This document shows positions 1 through 12,790 of a DNA stretch of 64,000 bases, piece after piece; position 1 is the first letter of the stretch, and each line of letters begins with the position of its first letter. The position numbers and the translations under genes are program-made. Source of the DNA: an uncultured Pseudomonadales bacterium (GTDB lineage Bacteria > Pseudomonadota > Gammaproteobacteria > Pseudomonadales > UBA7239); NCBI GenBank assembly GCA_964403125.1, contig CAYOEO010000002.1, positions 632-64,631 on the forward strand, given 5' to 3'. The notes under the pieces are model-generated. The model saw nothing but the letters and a program-made list of their open reading frames with translations, had not been told where the DNA came from and did not search any database.

Positions 1-372
1 GAGCAGCAAGCGGCATTAGTGCGCGATGTTTGTGGTGATGCTTTGAATGCTAAAGCGAGCAACTTCGTTCACGTATTGGCGACGAACAAGCGCTTGAGTT
101 TGCTGCCTGAAATTGCGGCGCAATTTGCTGAATTGAAAGCACAAAAAGAAAAAGTGGTTGGCGTGGAAGTGGTTTCTGCGTTTCCGTTACAGACGAAAGA
201 GGCAGATGCCTTATCTGCGGCGTTATCAAAAAAATGGCAGTGCAATGTTTCATTGCAAACCAGTGTTGATGCTGCGCTGTTGGGTGGTGTAGTGATTAAA
301 GCAGAAGATGTCGTCATTGATGCATCCGTTCGCGGTCGTATCGCGAAGTTAGCTGATGCTTTGATTGCATAA
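1..372 (+). CDS. atpH: F0F1 ATP synthase subunit delta (5' end lies outside the window)
   Basis: Frame open from base 1 (EQQAALVRDVCGD...); C-terminal VDAALLGGVVIKAEDVVIDASVRGRI delta motif; directly upstream of atpA. Confidence 0.95.
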   Translation, partial: EQQAALVRDVCGDALNAKASNFVHVLATNKRLSLLPEIAAQFAELKAQKEKVVGVEVVSAFPLQTKEADALSAALSKKWQCNVSLQTSVDAALLGGVVIKAEDVVIDASVRGRIAKLADALIA

Positions 373-454
373 AAATTGGTAACACAAAGATTTTCATAGT
401 GAACATAACTGGAAGCGCAGTCAGACGCGACTTCTAAAACGAGGACTGGCAAAC

Positions 455-1999
455 ATGCAGCAACTGAATCCTTCAGAAATCAGTGAAGTCATCAAGAGCA
501 GAATTGAGAAGCTTGATGTTTCTAAGCAGGCGCGCAACGAAGGCACTATCGTTTCAGTGTCTGACGGTATCGTGCGTATTCACGGTCTCGCTGATGTTAT
601 GTACGGTGAAATGATTGAGTTCACTGGCGGCGTATTCGGTATGGCGTTGAACTTGGAGCGCGATTCTGTTGGTGCGGTGGTTCTTGGTGATTATCAAAAG
701 TTGGCCGAAGGCCAAACTTGCCACACCACAGGTCGCATTCTCGAAGTGCCAGTCGGCCCTGAATTGGAAGGTCGCGTTGTCGATGCGCTGGGTAACCCTA
801 TTGACGGCAAAGGCGCTATCAACGCCAAACAATTAGACCCTATCGAAAAAGTGGCGCCAGGTGTTATTGCGCGTAAATCGGTCGATCAGCCAGTACAAAC
901 GGGCTATAAAGCAGTTGATGCGATGGTGCCCATCGGTCGCGGTCAGCGTGAGTTGATCATCGGCGACCGTCAGGTCGGTAAAACTGCGTTCGCGGTCGAT
1001 GCCATCATTAACCAAAAAGGTACGGGCATTAAATGTATTTATGTAGCGATCGGCCAGAAGCAATCGACCGTTGCTAACGTAGTAAGAAAGTTAGAAGAGC
1101 ACGGCGCAATGGCGCACACCACGGTTGTGGTGGCTGGCGCGTCTGATCCAGCGGCGATGTTGTTCTTGGCTCCGTTTGCTGGCTGTTCGATGGGTGAGTA
1201 CTACCGTGATCGCGGGCAAGATGCACTGATTATTTATGACGACTTGACCAAGCAAGCTTGGGCGTATCGCCAAATTTCTCTGTTGCTGCGTCGTCCACCA
1301 GGTCGTGAAGCGTATCCTGGCGATGTGTTCTATTTGCACTCACGTCTGCTGGAGCGTGCTGCGCGTGTTAATGAAGAATATGTTGAGAAATTCACTAACG
1401 GCGCCGTGAAAGGCAAAACTGGTTCTTTGACAGCGTTGCCTGTTATCGAAACACAAGCGGGCGATGTTTCTGCGTTTGTTCCTACCAACGTAATTTCTAT
1501 CACAGATGGTCAGATTTTCCTGGAAAGCTCGTTGTTTAACGCGGGCATTCGCCCTGCAATGAATGCAGGTATTTCGGTGTCGCGTGTAGGTGGTGCTGCG
1601 CAAACCAAAATTGTGAAAAAACTCGGTGGCGGCGTGCGTTTGGCATTGGCGCAGTATCGTGAATTGCAAGCGTTTGCTCAGTTTGCTTCTGATTTGGATG
1701 AAGCGACACGCTCGCAGTTGCAACACGGTCAGCGCGTGACTGAATTGATGAAACAGAAACAATACGCGCCATTGTCCGTTGCTGAAATGGGTGTGTTGTT
1801 GTACGCAGTAGACAACAAATTCTTGGATGATGTCGCTGTTAACAAAATTGGCAGCTTTGAAGCGTCTTTGTTGTCTTACTTGCACGCTGAGCACGGCGCG
1901 TTGTTGGCAAAAATCAACGAGGCTGGTGACTACAACGCGGATATCGAAGCGGGTATTCGCGCAGTGCTGGAACAATTCAAAGCGACACAAACTTGGTAA
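455..1999 (+). CDS. atpA: F0F1 ATP synthase subunit alpha
   Basis: GDRQVGKT P-loop, [24 protein letters not shown]; 514 aa. Confidence 0.99.
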   Translation: MQQLNPSEISEVIKSRIEKLDVSKQARNEGTIVSVSDGIVRIHGLADVMYGEMIEFTGGVFGMALNLERDSVGAVVLGDYQKLAEGQTCHTTGRILEVPVGPELEGRVVDALGNPIDGKGAINAKQLDPIEKVAPGVIARKSVDQPVQTGYKAVDAMVPIGRGQRELIIGDRQVGKTAFAVDAIINQKGTGIKCIYVAIGQKQSTVANVVRKLEEHGAMAHTTVVVAGASDPAAMLFLAPFAGCSMGEYYRDRGQDALIIYDDLTKQAWAYRQISLLLRRPPGREAYPGDVFYLHSRLLERAARVNEEYVEKFTNGAVKGKTGSLTALPVIETQAGDVSAFVPTNVISITDGQIFLESSLFNAGIRPAMNAGISVSRVGGAAQTKIVKKLGGGVRLALAQYRELQAFAQFASDLDEATRSQLQHGQRVTELMKQKQYAPLSVAEMGVLLYAVDNKFLDDVAVNKIGSFEASLLSYLHAEHGALLAKINEAGDYNADIEAGIRAVLEQFKATQTW

Positions 2000-2028
2000 G
2001 CCCCACTCGACGCTAAGGTAGAGAATCT

Positions 2029-4307
<2,279 letters not shown>

Positions 4308-4325
4308 TTGCCAGCGGAAGCACTC

Positions 4326-4754
4326 ATGGTTATGACAGTACATTGCGACATCGTCAGTGCAGAAAAAGCAGTCTTTTCTGGCTTGGTCGAGCAATTAATC
4401 GCTCACGGCTCTTTGGGCGATCTCGGCGTTCAGTACGGTCACGCGCCGCTGCTGACTGCGTTGAGCCCAGGTCCAGTGCGCGTGCGTAAACAAGGCGGTG
4501 AGGAGGAGATTTACTACGTCTCCGGCGGCTATCTTGAAGTGCAGCCCAACACCGTCACCATCTTGGCTGATGTTGCCGTGCGCGCTGATGACGTCGATGA
4601 AGCGGCGGCGGAAACGGCACGTCAGCAAGCAGCACAAGTGTTTACCAATCAATCGGGTGAATTAGATTACTCGCGTGCCACGGCGCAGTTGGCAGAAGCG
4701 GCAGCGCAATTGCGCACATTGCAACAACTGCGCAAAAAACTCGGTAAGAGTTAA
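4326..4754 (+). CDS. atpC: F0F1 ATP synthase subunit epsilon
   Basis: [25 protein letters not shown]; last gene of atp operon; start 4326 or 4332. Confidence 0.97.
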   Translation: MVMTVHCDIVSAEKAVFSGLVEQLIAHGSLGDLGVQYGHAPLLTALSPGPVRVRKQGGEEEIYYVSGGYLEVQPNTVTILADVAVRADDVDEAAAETARQQAAQVFTNQSGELDYSRATAQLAEAAAQLRTLQQLRKKLGKS

Positions 4755-4780
4755 TTTTTAGCGGATAAGGCACGCAAAAG

Positions 4781-4804
4781 AGGCGACAGTGGTCGCCTTT
4801 TTTT
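4781..4804 (+). terminator. Rho-independent terminator of atp operon
   Basis: AGGCGAC-agtg-GTCGCCT followed by T-tract. Confidence 0.85.
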
Positions 4805-4853
4805 ATGGTTTAATGCAGCGAAATTATTGTCAGCGGAGTAGGGAATTCACGCT

Positions 4854-6218
4854 ATGTCACTCGATATTGTCATACTCGCCGCCGGTCAGGGGACGCGCAT
4901 GAATTCGGCGCTACCGAAAGTGTTGCATCCCATTGCGGGCAAGCCCATGTTGCAACATGTGATTGATGCCACGCACGCGTTTGACGATGCCAAAGTGCAT
5001 GTCGTGATTGGTCACGGCGCTGAACAAGTGCGCAATACGATTCAAGGCGATATTCATTGGGTGGTGCAGGAACAGCAGTTAGGAACTGGGCATGCCGTAC
5101 TGCAAGCGCTGCCGAAATTGCGCAAAGACGCCACGGTGTTGGTGCTGTACGGTGACGTGCCTTTAGTGAATCCGGCAACGTTGAAACAAATGGTGTTGGC
5201 GGTGACGGAGCGCAGCATGGCGTTGTTGACTGTCGAGCTGGAAAATCCATCCGGTTATGGGCGCATCGTGCGCGATCAACAAGATTGTGTCGCAAAAATT
5301 GTCGAGCAAAAAGATGCCGATGAAGAACAACTGCGTATTCGCGAAGTGAATACCGGCATCATGGCTGCCGCCGCCAATGATTTAGCGCGCTGGCTGCCAT
5401 CTCTCAATAATCAAAATGCACAAAATGAGTTTTATCTGACCGATATTATCGCGATGGCGAATGCCGATGGCATTGCGATTAACACGCACGTCGCGCAAAG
5501 TGAAGCAGAAGTGTTGGGCGTGAACGATCGTCACCAGCAGGCGCGTCTTGAGCGCATTTATCAGGATAAACAAGCGCGCGCATTAATGGCGCAGGGCGTA
5601 ACACTGATGGATCAGCAGCGTTTTGATTGTCGCGGTGAACTGCATGTGGGACGCGATGTCGTGATTGACATCAATGTGGTTTTTCACGGTGTAGTTGAGC
5701 TGGGTGACAATGTAGTGATTGAGCCTAATTGCGTGATTAGTGATACAAAAATTGGCAACGGCTCAAGAGTGAAAGCAAATTCTGTGATTGAAAATGCAGT
5801 AATTGGTGAGCAAGTGGATGTGGGGCCGTTCGCGCGTTTACGCCCAGGCACCGTGTTAAACGACAACGCACGCATCGGCAATTTTGTTGAAACCAAAAAT
5901 GCAATTTTTGGTGAAAGCAGTAAAGCCAATCACTTGGCGTATGTTGGTGATAGCGAGATTGGCGCGCAGTGCAATATCGGTGCAGGCACGATTACTTGCA
6001 ATTACGATGGCGTGAATAAACATAAAACTATTATGGGTGATCGCGTGTTTGTCGGCTCCAACAGCACTTTGGTGGCGCCGTTGACAATCGAATCGGGTGG
6101 TTTTGTCGGCGCTGGTTCAACGGTCACTAAAACTGTGCCGGCAGATACGCTGGCAGTTGCGCGTGGTCAGCAACGCAATATTTCTGGGTGGCAGCGCCCT
6201 AGTAAGAAAAAAGATTAA
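4854..6218 (+). CDS. glmU: Bifunctional UDP-GlcNAc pyrophosphorylase / glucosamine-1-P N-acetyltransferase
   Basis: LAAGQGTRM motif, hexapeptide repeats, [11 protein letters not shown]. Confidence 0.98.
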   Translation: MSLDIVILAAGQGTRMNSALPKVLHPIAGKPMLQHVIDATHAFDDAKVHVVIGHGAEQVRNTIQGDIHWVVQEQQLGTGHAVLQALPKLRKDATVLVLYGDVPLVNPATLKQMVLAVTERSMALLTVELENPSGYGRIVRDQQDCVAKIVEQKDADEEQLRIREVNTGIMAAAANDLARWLPSLNNQNAQNEFYLTDIIAMANADGIAINTHVAQSEAEVLGVNDRHQQARLERIYQDKQARALMAQGVTLMDQQRFDCRGELHVGRDVVIDINVVFHGVVELGDNVVIEPNCVISDTKIGNGSRVKANSVIENAVIGEQVDVGPFARLRPGTVLNDNARIGNFVETKNAIFGESSKANHLAYVGDSEIGAQCNIGAGTITCNYDGVNKHKTIMGDRVFVGSNSTLVAPLTIESGGFVGAGSTVTKTVPADTLAVARGQQRNISGWQRPSKKKD

Positions 6219-6234
6219 TTGAGGTTATTGGATT

Positions 6235-8067
6235 ATGTGCGGCATTGTCGGCGCGATTGCAGAAAGAAATATTACGGATATTTTGGTAGAAGGTTTAAAA
6301 CGATTGGAATATCGCGGCTATGATTCTGCTGGCGTTGCTGTACTAGAAAAAAATGGTGCGATTCGCGCCTGCAAGCGCGTGGGCAAAGTAGTGAATGTGC
6401 AAGAAGGTTTGCGCGAAGATCCAATCGCCGGTGTGTTGGGTATCGCGCACACGCGTTGGGCAACACACGGAAAACCTAGCGAAGCTAACGCGCATCCGCA
6501 TTTCTCCGGCGATCACGGTTTGGCGGTGGTGCACAATGGCATCATCGAAAATCATCAACAATTGCGTGAAAGATTATCAGCGAAGGGTTATCAATTTCTG
6601 AGTCAAACTGATACAGAAACCATCGTGCATTTGATTGATGATTGTTGGAAGTCTGGAGGCGATTTATTGTCGGCGGTGCGCTGTGCTATTTCACAACTGG
6701 AGGGCGCATATGCTTTGGCTGTGATTGCCGCGAGTGAGCCCAATAAAATGATTGCCGCGCGCGAAGGCAGTCCGCTGGTGATAGGCGTCGGTTATGGTGA
6801 GAATTTTGTCGCATCCGACCCACTCGCGCTGCGCATGATCACGGATCAATTTATTTATTTGGCGGAGGGTGATGTCGCGGTTGTTTCTCTCAATGCTGTC
6901 ACAGTGTTGGATAAAAATGGTGTGCAGCAACAAAGAAAAATTGAGCAAGTGGATGAAACGCACGATAGCGTCGACAAAGGTGAATATCGTCACTTTATGC
7001 TCAAAGAGATTTTTGAACAGCCCGCCGTTTTTGAGCAAACTTTGCAGGGAAGAATCACTAAAGATCATTTGGTTGAAGAATGCTTTGGTGTAGAAGCGCG
7101 CGAAAAATTAGACGCAGCGAAGGCAATACAAATTGTTGCCTGTGGTACCAGCTATCACGCGGGCATGGTGGCGCGTTATTGGATAGAGCAATATGCAGGG
7201 CTGCCCTGCCAAGTGGAAGTGGCGAGTGAGTTTCGTTATCGCCAGTGCAAACCGCTACCAGATACTTTGTTTGTGGCAATTTCACAGTCTGGAGAAACAG
7301 CAGATACTTTAGCCGCATTAAAAAACTTGGATCGTACTAACTACATTGGTAGTTTAGCGGTGTGCAATGTGGCAAATAGTGCTTTGGTGCGTGAAAGCGA
7401 TTTCTCGTTAATGACATTGGCGGGCACAGAAATTGGTGTCGCATCGACAAAAGCATTCACCAGTCAGTTGGTTGCGTTGCAGTTGTTGACGTTGGCGTTG
7501 GCGCGTCGCAATCAAGTCAATCCAGAACAAGAAAAGGCGTGGGTGGAAGCTCTGCATCGGCTGCCCGCGTTGTGCCGTGAAGTATTGAAATTGGAAAATG
7601 ATATTAAAAAAGTGGCGAAGAATTTTGATGAGCGCCAGAGCGCATTATTTTTAGGGCGCGGTGAGCAGTTTCCTGTGGCACTGGAAGGTGCGTTGAAGTT
7701 GAAAGAAATTTCTTACATACACGCTGAAGCGTATCCGGCAGGTGAATTAAAACACGGTCCTTTGGCGTTGGTAGATAAACACATGCCCGTTGTCGCGCTG
7801 CTGCCCGATAACGCATTGACCGACAAAATGATGTCGAATTTGGAAGAAGTGCGCGCACGCGGTGGGCAGTTGATTGTGTTGCGCGAACAAAATCATGTGA
7901 TGGATGAAACGGGGATTTGCTGTATTCGTCTGCCAGAAATGCCAGCTAGCTTAGTGCCCATTTTGTACAGCATTCCGTTACAGCTTTTGGCTTACCATGT
8001 TGCGGTGATGCGCGGAACAGATGTTGATCAACCGCGCAATTTGGCAAAAAGCGTTACCGTGGAGTGA
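6235..8067 (+). CDS. glmS: Glutamine--fructose-6-phosphate aminotransferase
   Basis: MCGIVG N-terminal Cys, LEYRGYDSAG, C-terminal PRNLAKSVTVE. Confidence 0.99.
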   Translation: MCGIVGAIAERNITDILVEGLKRLEYRGYDSAGVAVLEKNGAIRACKRVGKVVNVQEGLREDPIAGVLGIAHTRWATHGKPSEANAHPHFSGDHGLAVVHNGIIENHQQLRERLSAKGYQFLSQTDTETIVHLIDDCWKSGGDLLSAVRCAISQLEGAYALAVIAASEPNKMIAAREGSPLVIGVGYGENFVASDPLALRMITDQFIYLAEGDVAVVSLNAVTVLDKNGVQQQRKIEQVDETHDSVDKGEYRHFMLKEIFEQPAVFEQTLQGRITKDHLVEECFGVEAREKLDAAKAIQIVACGTSYHAGMVARYWIEQYAGLPCQVEVASEFRYRQCKPLPDTLFVAISQSGETADTLAALKNLDRTNYIGSLAVCNVANSALVRESDFSLMTLAGTEIGVASTKAFTSQLVALQLLTLALARRNQVNPEQEKAWVEALHRLPALCREVLKLENDIKKVAKNFDERQSALFLGRGEQFPVALEGALKLKEISYIHAEAYPAGELKHGPLALVDKHMPVVALLPDNALTDKMMSNLEEVRARGGQLIVLREQNHVMDETGICCIRLPEMPASLVPILYSIPLQLLAYHVAVMRGTDVDQPRNLAKSVTVE

Positions 8068-8075
8068 TCGGCTTT

Positions 8076-8435
8076 TTAGCGCCGATCGCCCGCTGTGTAA
8101 TTGACTTTGAGTGCGCGCTCGCGAATAAGTTGTAGGATTTCTTCGCGGTCGCTGGCAATCAATGTAGGGTGTGATGCTGCTTCTGGATACTCAACAAAAA
8201 ATTTTTCCAGTGATATTAGATCTTTGTAAACATCTTCAGGAAATCCTTGACGGTTTTCACGTCCTCTTTCTACCAGCATTAACGTATCCATGTAGTTAAA
8301 AAAAGCAGGGAAGCCCCATAGTTTTTTTACTTTCTCGAAAACGTGCGGCAATTTTTTGAGCGCTTCACAGCTTTCCAGTAATGCCAATCCATCAGCGTTA
8401 GTCATGGGTTTTAGTACGGGGATGTCGTCAGCCAT
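8076..8435 (-). CDS. Hypothetical protein (119 aa) with LWG...RQGFP motif
   Basis: Fills the gap between trmB and glmS; LWGFPAFFNYMDTLMLVERGRENRQGFPEDV resembles a small uncharacterised proteobacterial domain (from memory). Confidence 0.7.
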   Translation of the reverse strand: MADDIPVLKPMTNADGLALLESCEALKKLPHVFEKVKKLWGFPAFFNYMDTLMLVERGRENRQGFPEDVYKDLISLEKFFVEYPEAASHPTLIASDREEILQLIRERALKVNYTAGDRR

Positions 8436-8495
8436 GGTTGTGACCTTTGATGTTTGTCGCTGAGTGGGAGTCTAGCACGCTTTATTTTCGGCGCA

Positions 8496-9200
8496 TCAGA
8501 CCGTTTTTTGAAACAGTAAATCGTTGACCTTGTGCCCTAGGCGCTCTCCGCGCCGTTCAAATTTGGTTTCTGGGCGATAGTCGGGGCGCGTGCCGTACCG
8601 TCCTTCGCCAGCTAAGTTGTGCAAAGCGGAGTTTGCTGACACTACTTCGAGCATCACTTCTGCGTAAGGTTCCCAATCGGTCGCCATGTGTAACACGCCA
8701 CCAGTTTTTAATTTCTGTGTGACTAATGAGGCAAACTCCGGTTGCACAATGCGGCGTTTATGGTGACGGCTTTTGTGCCAAGGATCAGGAAAATAAAGCT
8801 GCACGCGTGTCAGGCTGTTATCGGTGATGCAGTCACGCAAAACATCCAACGCATCCGCACAAAAAATGCGCAAGTTTTGTAAATTGCGTTTGCGCGCTTC
8901 GCTCATCAATCGACCGACACCTGGCACATGCACTTCGATGCCGATAAAGTTTTGTGTTGGATTTTTTTCTGCCATTTCTAGCAGCGAATCGCCCATGCCG
9001 AAACCGATTTCCAAAACACATTCAGCGACCGGGTTGGGAAATGCGTTGTCGAGGGCTTGCGTGCCGTGTGTTAAATCCAAACCAAAAGTGAGCCAATCTT
9101 CCGCGATGGCTTTTTCTTGCGCCGGTGTGATACGCCCGCTGCGAATGACATAGGAGCGAATATCTTTGCGATTGAATTGCGGTTGTAGTGCGCGTGTCAT
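8496..9200 (-). CDS. trmB: tRNA (guanine-N7)-methyltransferase
   Basis: IRSYVIRSGR, LEIGFGMG, YFPDPWHKSRHHKRR, TKFERRG. Confidence 0.97.
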   Translation of the reverse strand: MTRALQPQFNRKDIRSYVIRSGRITPAQEKAIAEDWLTFGLDLTHGTQALDNAFPNPVAECVLEIGFGMGDSLLEMAEKNPTQNFIGIEVHVPGVGRLMSEARKRNLQNLRIFCADALDVLRDCITDNSLTRVQLYFPDPWHKSRHHKRRIVQPEFASLVTQKLKTGGVLHMATDWEPYAEVMLEVVSANSALHNLAGEGRYGTRPDYRPETKFERRGERLGHKVNDLLFQKTV

Positions 9201-9221
9201 GTTGTGCGGTATTGCTGGTGT

Positions 9222-10013
9222 TCAGCGGTGAATCAGGCCGTCGAGCGGTGAGGAGGCGCTGGCGTACAATTTGCGCGGCATACGACCGGCGAGAAAGGCT
9301 TCGCGCCCCGCTTCCACTGCTTTTTTCATCGCACTCGCCATCAATACAGGATTTTGTGCATGGGCAATGGCGCTGTTCATCAGCACTCCATCGCAGCCTA
9401 ATTCCATAGCAATCGAGGCGTCCGATGCCGTGCCGACACCGGCATCAACGATGATGGGTACGCTCGCGTTTTCTAAAATCATCATCAAGTTGTAAGGATT
9501 GCGTATGCCGAGACCGGAACCGATCGGCGCGCCCAGCGGCATCACCGCGCAGCAACCGATTTCTTCGAGGCGTTTGGCGACCAGTGGGTCATCGCTGGTG
9601 TACACCATCACATCAAAACCGTCTTTCACCAATTCTTCAGCGGCGATTAGCGTTTCGGTGACGTTGGGGAATAAAGTTTTTTGATCGCCCAACACTTCGA
9701 GTTTTACCAGCTTGTGACCGTCCAACAATTCGCGCGCCAGCTTGCAAGTGCGCACCGCTTCCACTGCGGTATAGCAGCCGGCGGTGTTGGGCAGAATGGT
9801 GTAGCGCGAGGGCGGCACTACATCCAACAAATTAGGTTCATTGGGGTTTTGACCGATATTGGTGCGGCGCACGGCGACGGTAATCATCTCTGCGCCAGAT
9901 GCTTCGGTGGCGGCAGCGGTTTCCGCGAGATCTTTGTATTTGCCGCTGCCGACAATCAAGCGCGAGCCGTAAGTTTTCCCCGCGATAACAAGAGGTTTGT
10001 CTGTTGTGCTCAT
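9222..10013 (-). CDS. thiG: Thiazole synthase
   Basis: [34 protein letters not shown]. Confidence 0.98.
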   Translation of the reverse strand: MSTTDKPLVIAGKTYGSRLIVGSGKYKDLAETAAATEASGAEMITVAVRRTNIGQNPNEPNLLDVVPPSRYTILPNTAGCYTAVEAVRTCKLARELLDGHKLVKLEVLGDQKTLFPNVTETLIAAEELVKDGFDVMVYTSDDPLVAKRLEEIGCCAVMPLGAPIGSGLGIRNPYNLMMILENASVPIIVDAGVGTASDASIAMELGCDGVLMNSAIAHAQNPVLMASAMKKAVEAGREAFLAGRMPRKLYASASSPLDGLIHR

Positions 10014-10015
10014 GG

Positions 10016-10216
10016 TTAGCCTCCGCCGATGGCATGCACAATTTCCACGCGATCACTGTTATGCAAAACGGTGCTGGCGTGTGTGCTGCGCGGCACGATG
10101 GTTTCATTGATTTCGATGGCAACGCGTTTGCCTGCCAAGCCTAGTTGTTCAAGTAGTTGCGCGGTGGTGGTACCGTCTGGCACAGAAGTGCTTTCACCGT
10201 TCAGAACAATTTGCAC
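10016..10216 (-). CDS. thiS: Sulfur carrier protein ThiS
   Basis: GTG start at 10216 gives 66 aa ending EIVHAIGGG; immediately upstream of thiG. Confidence 0.95.
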   Translation of the reverse strand: MQIVLNGESTSVPDGTTTAQLLEQLGLAGKRVAIEINETIVPRSTHASTVLHNSDRVEIVHAIGGG

Positions 10217-10218
10217 GT

Positions 10219-10602
10219 TTACTGCCCTTTGAAGCCGGCGTAAACCAAGCAAGCCCACGCCGCCAGCCACAACACACCGCCGATTGGGGTAATGGCACCG
10301 AGCCAGCGGATGCCACTCAAACTCAGCACATAGAGGCTGCCGCTAAACAGCACAATGCCCGCAAGAAACAGCCATCCGCTGATAGTCAGTGCGCGTGTAT
10401 TGAAACCTTGCGCCATCAAAATGCCTACGCCGAATAAAGCCAGTGTGTGCCAGAACTGGTACTGCACGGCGGTGTGCCAAACGGCGAGCAAATCTGCGGA
10501 TAGGCGATTTTTCAAACCGTGCGCGCCAAAGGCACCTAAGGCAACGGCGAGAAAGCCGCTCAGGGAAGCCAGAGCAATAAACAGAGAGGGCGGAAAAGGC
10601 AT
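10219..10602 (-). CDS. DUF423 (YgdD/TMEM256) membrane protein
   Basis: GAFGAHGL, TAVQYQFWH, FSGSLY, GAITPIGG; usual Pseudomonas-type position upstream of thiS. Confidence 0.9.
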   Translation of the reverse strand: MPFPPSLFIALASLSGFLAVALGAFGAHGLKNRLSADLLAVWHTAVQYQFWHTLALFGVGILMAQGFNTRALTISGWLFLAGIVLFSGSLYVLSLSGIRWLGAITPIGGVLWLAAWACLVYAGFKGQ

Positions 10603-10762
10603 GGAAAACTCAAAAATGGACAGCGGCGGCATTGTAGCAGTTTGCATTGTTAGGATAGTGGCGCGGTGGAATTTCACCTGCGTCAAGCATTCAGCGCGTA
10701 TCGCCGGAATGGTAGAATGCCCGCCCTTTTCCGTTTCGTTAAAGCCTTCAGAGGAGTCCGTT

Positions 10763-11890
10763 GTGGATCTCGATTTCAGCGAAGAACAAGTGATGCTGCG
10801 CGATACCGCGCGCGGTATTTGTGAAGAATTGTCGCCGTCTGCCGTGGTGCGGGCGATGGAGCAGGATGAGGCTGGTTACTCCGCCCCGTTCTGGCAGCAG
10901 TTGGCGGAATTGGGTATTACCAGTTTGGGTATTCCGGAAGCGCACGGCGGTATGGCCTGGGGCGCGCTGGAAATGGCGATTGTGTACGAAGAGTTCGGTC
11001 GCTCACTCGCGCCCAGCCCGCATTGGGCGAGCTGTGTGTTGTCGGCGAAATTGTTGGAGTTGGCCGGCACGGCGCAACAGCAGGAAAGCTTTTTGTCTGG
11101 CATTGCCAGCGGTGAAGTCATCATTGTGCCAGCGCATTTGGAGCCAAAAAATGGTTTTGGTGCCGAAGGTGTGCAACTGCGCGCGGTAAAACAAGGTGAT
11201 GGCTATGTATTGAATGGCACAAAATTGATGGTGCCGTTTGCCGCTTCAGCCACACGCTTGCTGGTGTTGGCGCGCGCCGGCGAAGGTGTGCAAGATGTGA
11301 TCGGCGTGTTGGTGGATCCCAAAGCCGCTGGCGTTACGCTGACACGCGAACGCAATCACGCTGACGACACTGTATTTCAAGTTGATTTCAAAAATGTTTC
11401 CGTCAATGCAAGCGATGTGTTGAACACAGCCGGTTTTTGGGCGGCGTGGGAAAATGCAATGACGCATTCCATCGTTGCATTAGCGGCGCGCTCGATTGGC
11501 GCCGCAGAAGCGATTCATGCGATGACAGTCGATTACGCCAAGCAGCGCGTGCAGTTCGGTAAGCCCATTGGTTCTTTTCAAGCGATCGCACATTATCTGG
11601 CAGATTTAATCGTCAAAATCGAAGGTGCAAAAGTGTTGGTGTATCAAGCGGCATGGGCGATTGATAACAACAAACCTTTCGAAAAAATTGCCCTGCAAGC
11701 GAAACTGCAAGCCTGCAATGTGTTGCGCGATGCTTCAGCAATCGGCGTACAAGTACACGGCGGTTTTGGTTTTACTTCCGAAGGTGATCCGCAGTTGTAT
11801 TTCCGTCGCGCCAAACATTGGCAGTTGACCAACTGGGACAGTGCTTATTTAGAAAAACGCATCGCAGCGTTAATTCTCGACGCGGCGTAA
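10763..11890 (+). CDS. Acyl-CoA dehydrogenase family protein, probable non-catalytic subunit of a heterotetramer
   Basis: GTG after GAGGAG; FSEEQVMLRD, RVQFGKPIGSFQAI, QVHGGFGFT; C-terminal YEG(T) motif absent. Confidence 0.88.
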   Translation: MDLDFSEEQVMLRDTARGICEELSPSAVVRAMEQDEAGYSAPFWQQLAELGITSLGIPEAHGGMAWGALEMAIVYEEFGRSLAPSPHWASCVLSAKLLELAGTAQQQESFLSGIASGEVIIVPAHLEPKNGFGAEGVQLRAVKQGDGYVLNGTKLMVPFAASATRLLVLARAGEGVQDVIGVLVDPKAAGVTLTRERNHADDTVFQVDFKNVSVNASDVLNTAGFWAAWENAMTHSIVALAARSIGAAEAIHAMTVDYAKQRVQFGKPIGSFQAIAHYLADLIVKIEGAKVLVYQAAWAIDNNKPFEKIALQAKLQACNVLRDASAIGVQVHGGFGFTSEGDPQLYFRRAKHWQLTNWDSAYLEKRIAALILDAA

Positions 11891-11903
11891 TGAGGTAAAT
11901 GCG

Positions 11904-12785
11904 ATGAAACTTCTTGAAGGAAAAGCAGCAATTGTGACCGGCAGCGGTCGCGGTGTGGGGCGCGGTCACTGTCTGCATTTGGCAAAAAACGGTGCGAAAG
12001 TTGTCGTCAACGACATTCTGTTGGAAGAAGCGCAAAAAGTGGCCGATGAAATTAAAGCGGAGGGCGGTGAAGCGATTGCCAGCAATGCAGACATCGGCTC
12101 ACGCGCCGGCTGTGAATTGCTCGTGCAGCAGTGTGTGGATGCCTTTGGCGGTATTGATATTGCCATCAACAACGCCGGTATTGTGCGTGATAAAACCTTG
12201 TTGAAATTGGAAGATGCCGATTTCGATATCGTGTGGCGTATTCACGTCATGGGCACATTCTGGATTGCACAAACTGCCGCGAAAAAAATGATCGAACAGG
12301 GTCGCGGCGGCTCCATCATCAACACCACTTCGGGCGCACATTTCGGCAGCTTTGGTCAAACCAATTACTCTGCCGCCAAAGGCGCAATCGCTTCCATGAC
12401 CTACACTTGGGCGATGGAATTGGCAAAACACGGCATACGCGTGAATGCGATTGGTCCACTCGCCACTACACATATGTCGGCGACTTTTTCTGATGCAGAC
12501 AAAATGCCGTTTTTTCCACCTGAAAATAACGGCCCTATCGTTTGCTGGTTGTGCAGCGATGAAGCGAATTATGTGTCCGGCCAAATTTTTGGCACGGGCG
12601 GCGATCGCATTTCACACATGGTGCAACCGCATTACGGTAAAACTTTGATCAAGCCGGGCGGTTGGGAAATCGACGATATTCGTCAGCATTTCAAACAACA
12701 TATTCCGCCAGAATTTGGCGCGTTTGGTATGTTGGGTAAACCGTATCCATTTCATGCCGGCGTGAAACCGCCAGTGAAGGAGTAA
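11904..12785 (+). CDS. SDR family oxidoreductase (3-hydroxyacyl-CoA dehydrogenase-like, C-terminally extended)
   Basis: TGSGRGVG, NNAGIVRD, NYSAAK (YxxxK). Confidence 0.92.
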   Translation: MKLLEGKAAIVTGSGRGVGRGHCLHLAKNGAKVVVNDILLEEAQKVADEIKAEGGEAIASNADIGSRAGCELLVQQCVDAFGGIDIAINNAGIVRDKTLLKLEDADFDIVWRIHVMGTFWIAQTAAKKMIEQGRGGSIINTTSGAHFGSFGQTNYSAAKGAIASMTYTWAMELAKHGIRVNAIGPLATTHMSATFSDADKMPFFPPENNGPIVCWLCSDEANYVSGQIFGTGGDRISHMVQPHYGKTLIKPGGWEIDDIRQHFKQHIPPEFGAFGMLGKPYPFHAGVKPPVKE

Positions 12786-12790
12786 ACAAT

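Noticed and set aside
8030-8110. Tn7-like element at attTn7
   Set aside because: No Tn7 ends or tns genes; site unoccupied
10355-10762. 136-codon N-terminal extension of the acyl-CoA dehydrogenase in the ORF track
   Set aside because: It overlaps DUF423 antisense; GAGGAG plus GTG at 10763 gives a normal-length ACAD
10603-10762. TPP riboswitch upstream of DUF423-thiS-thiG
   Set aside because: No GCTGAGA or other TPP aptamer core found; looks like a plain divergent promoter
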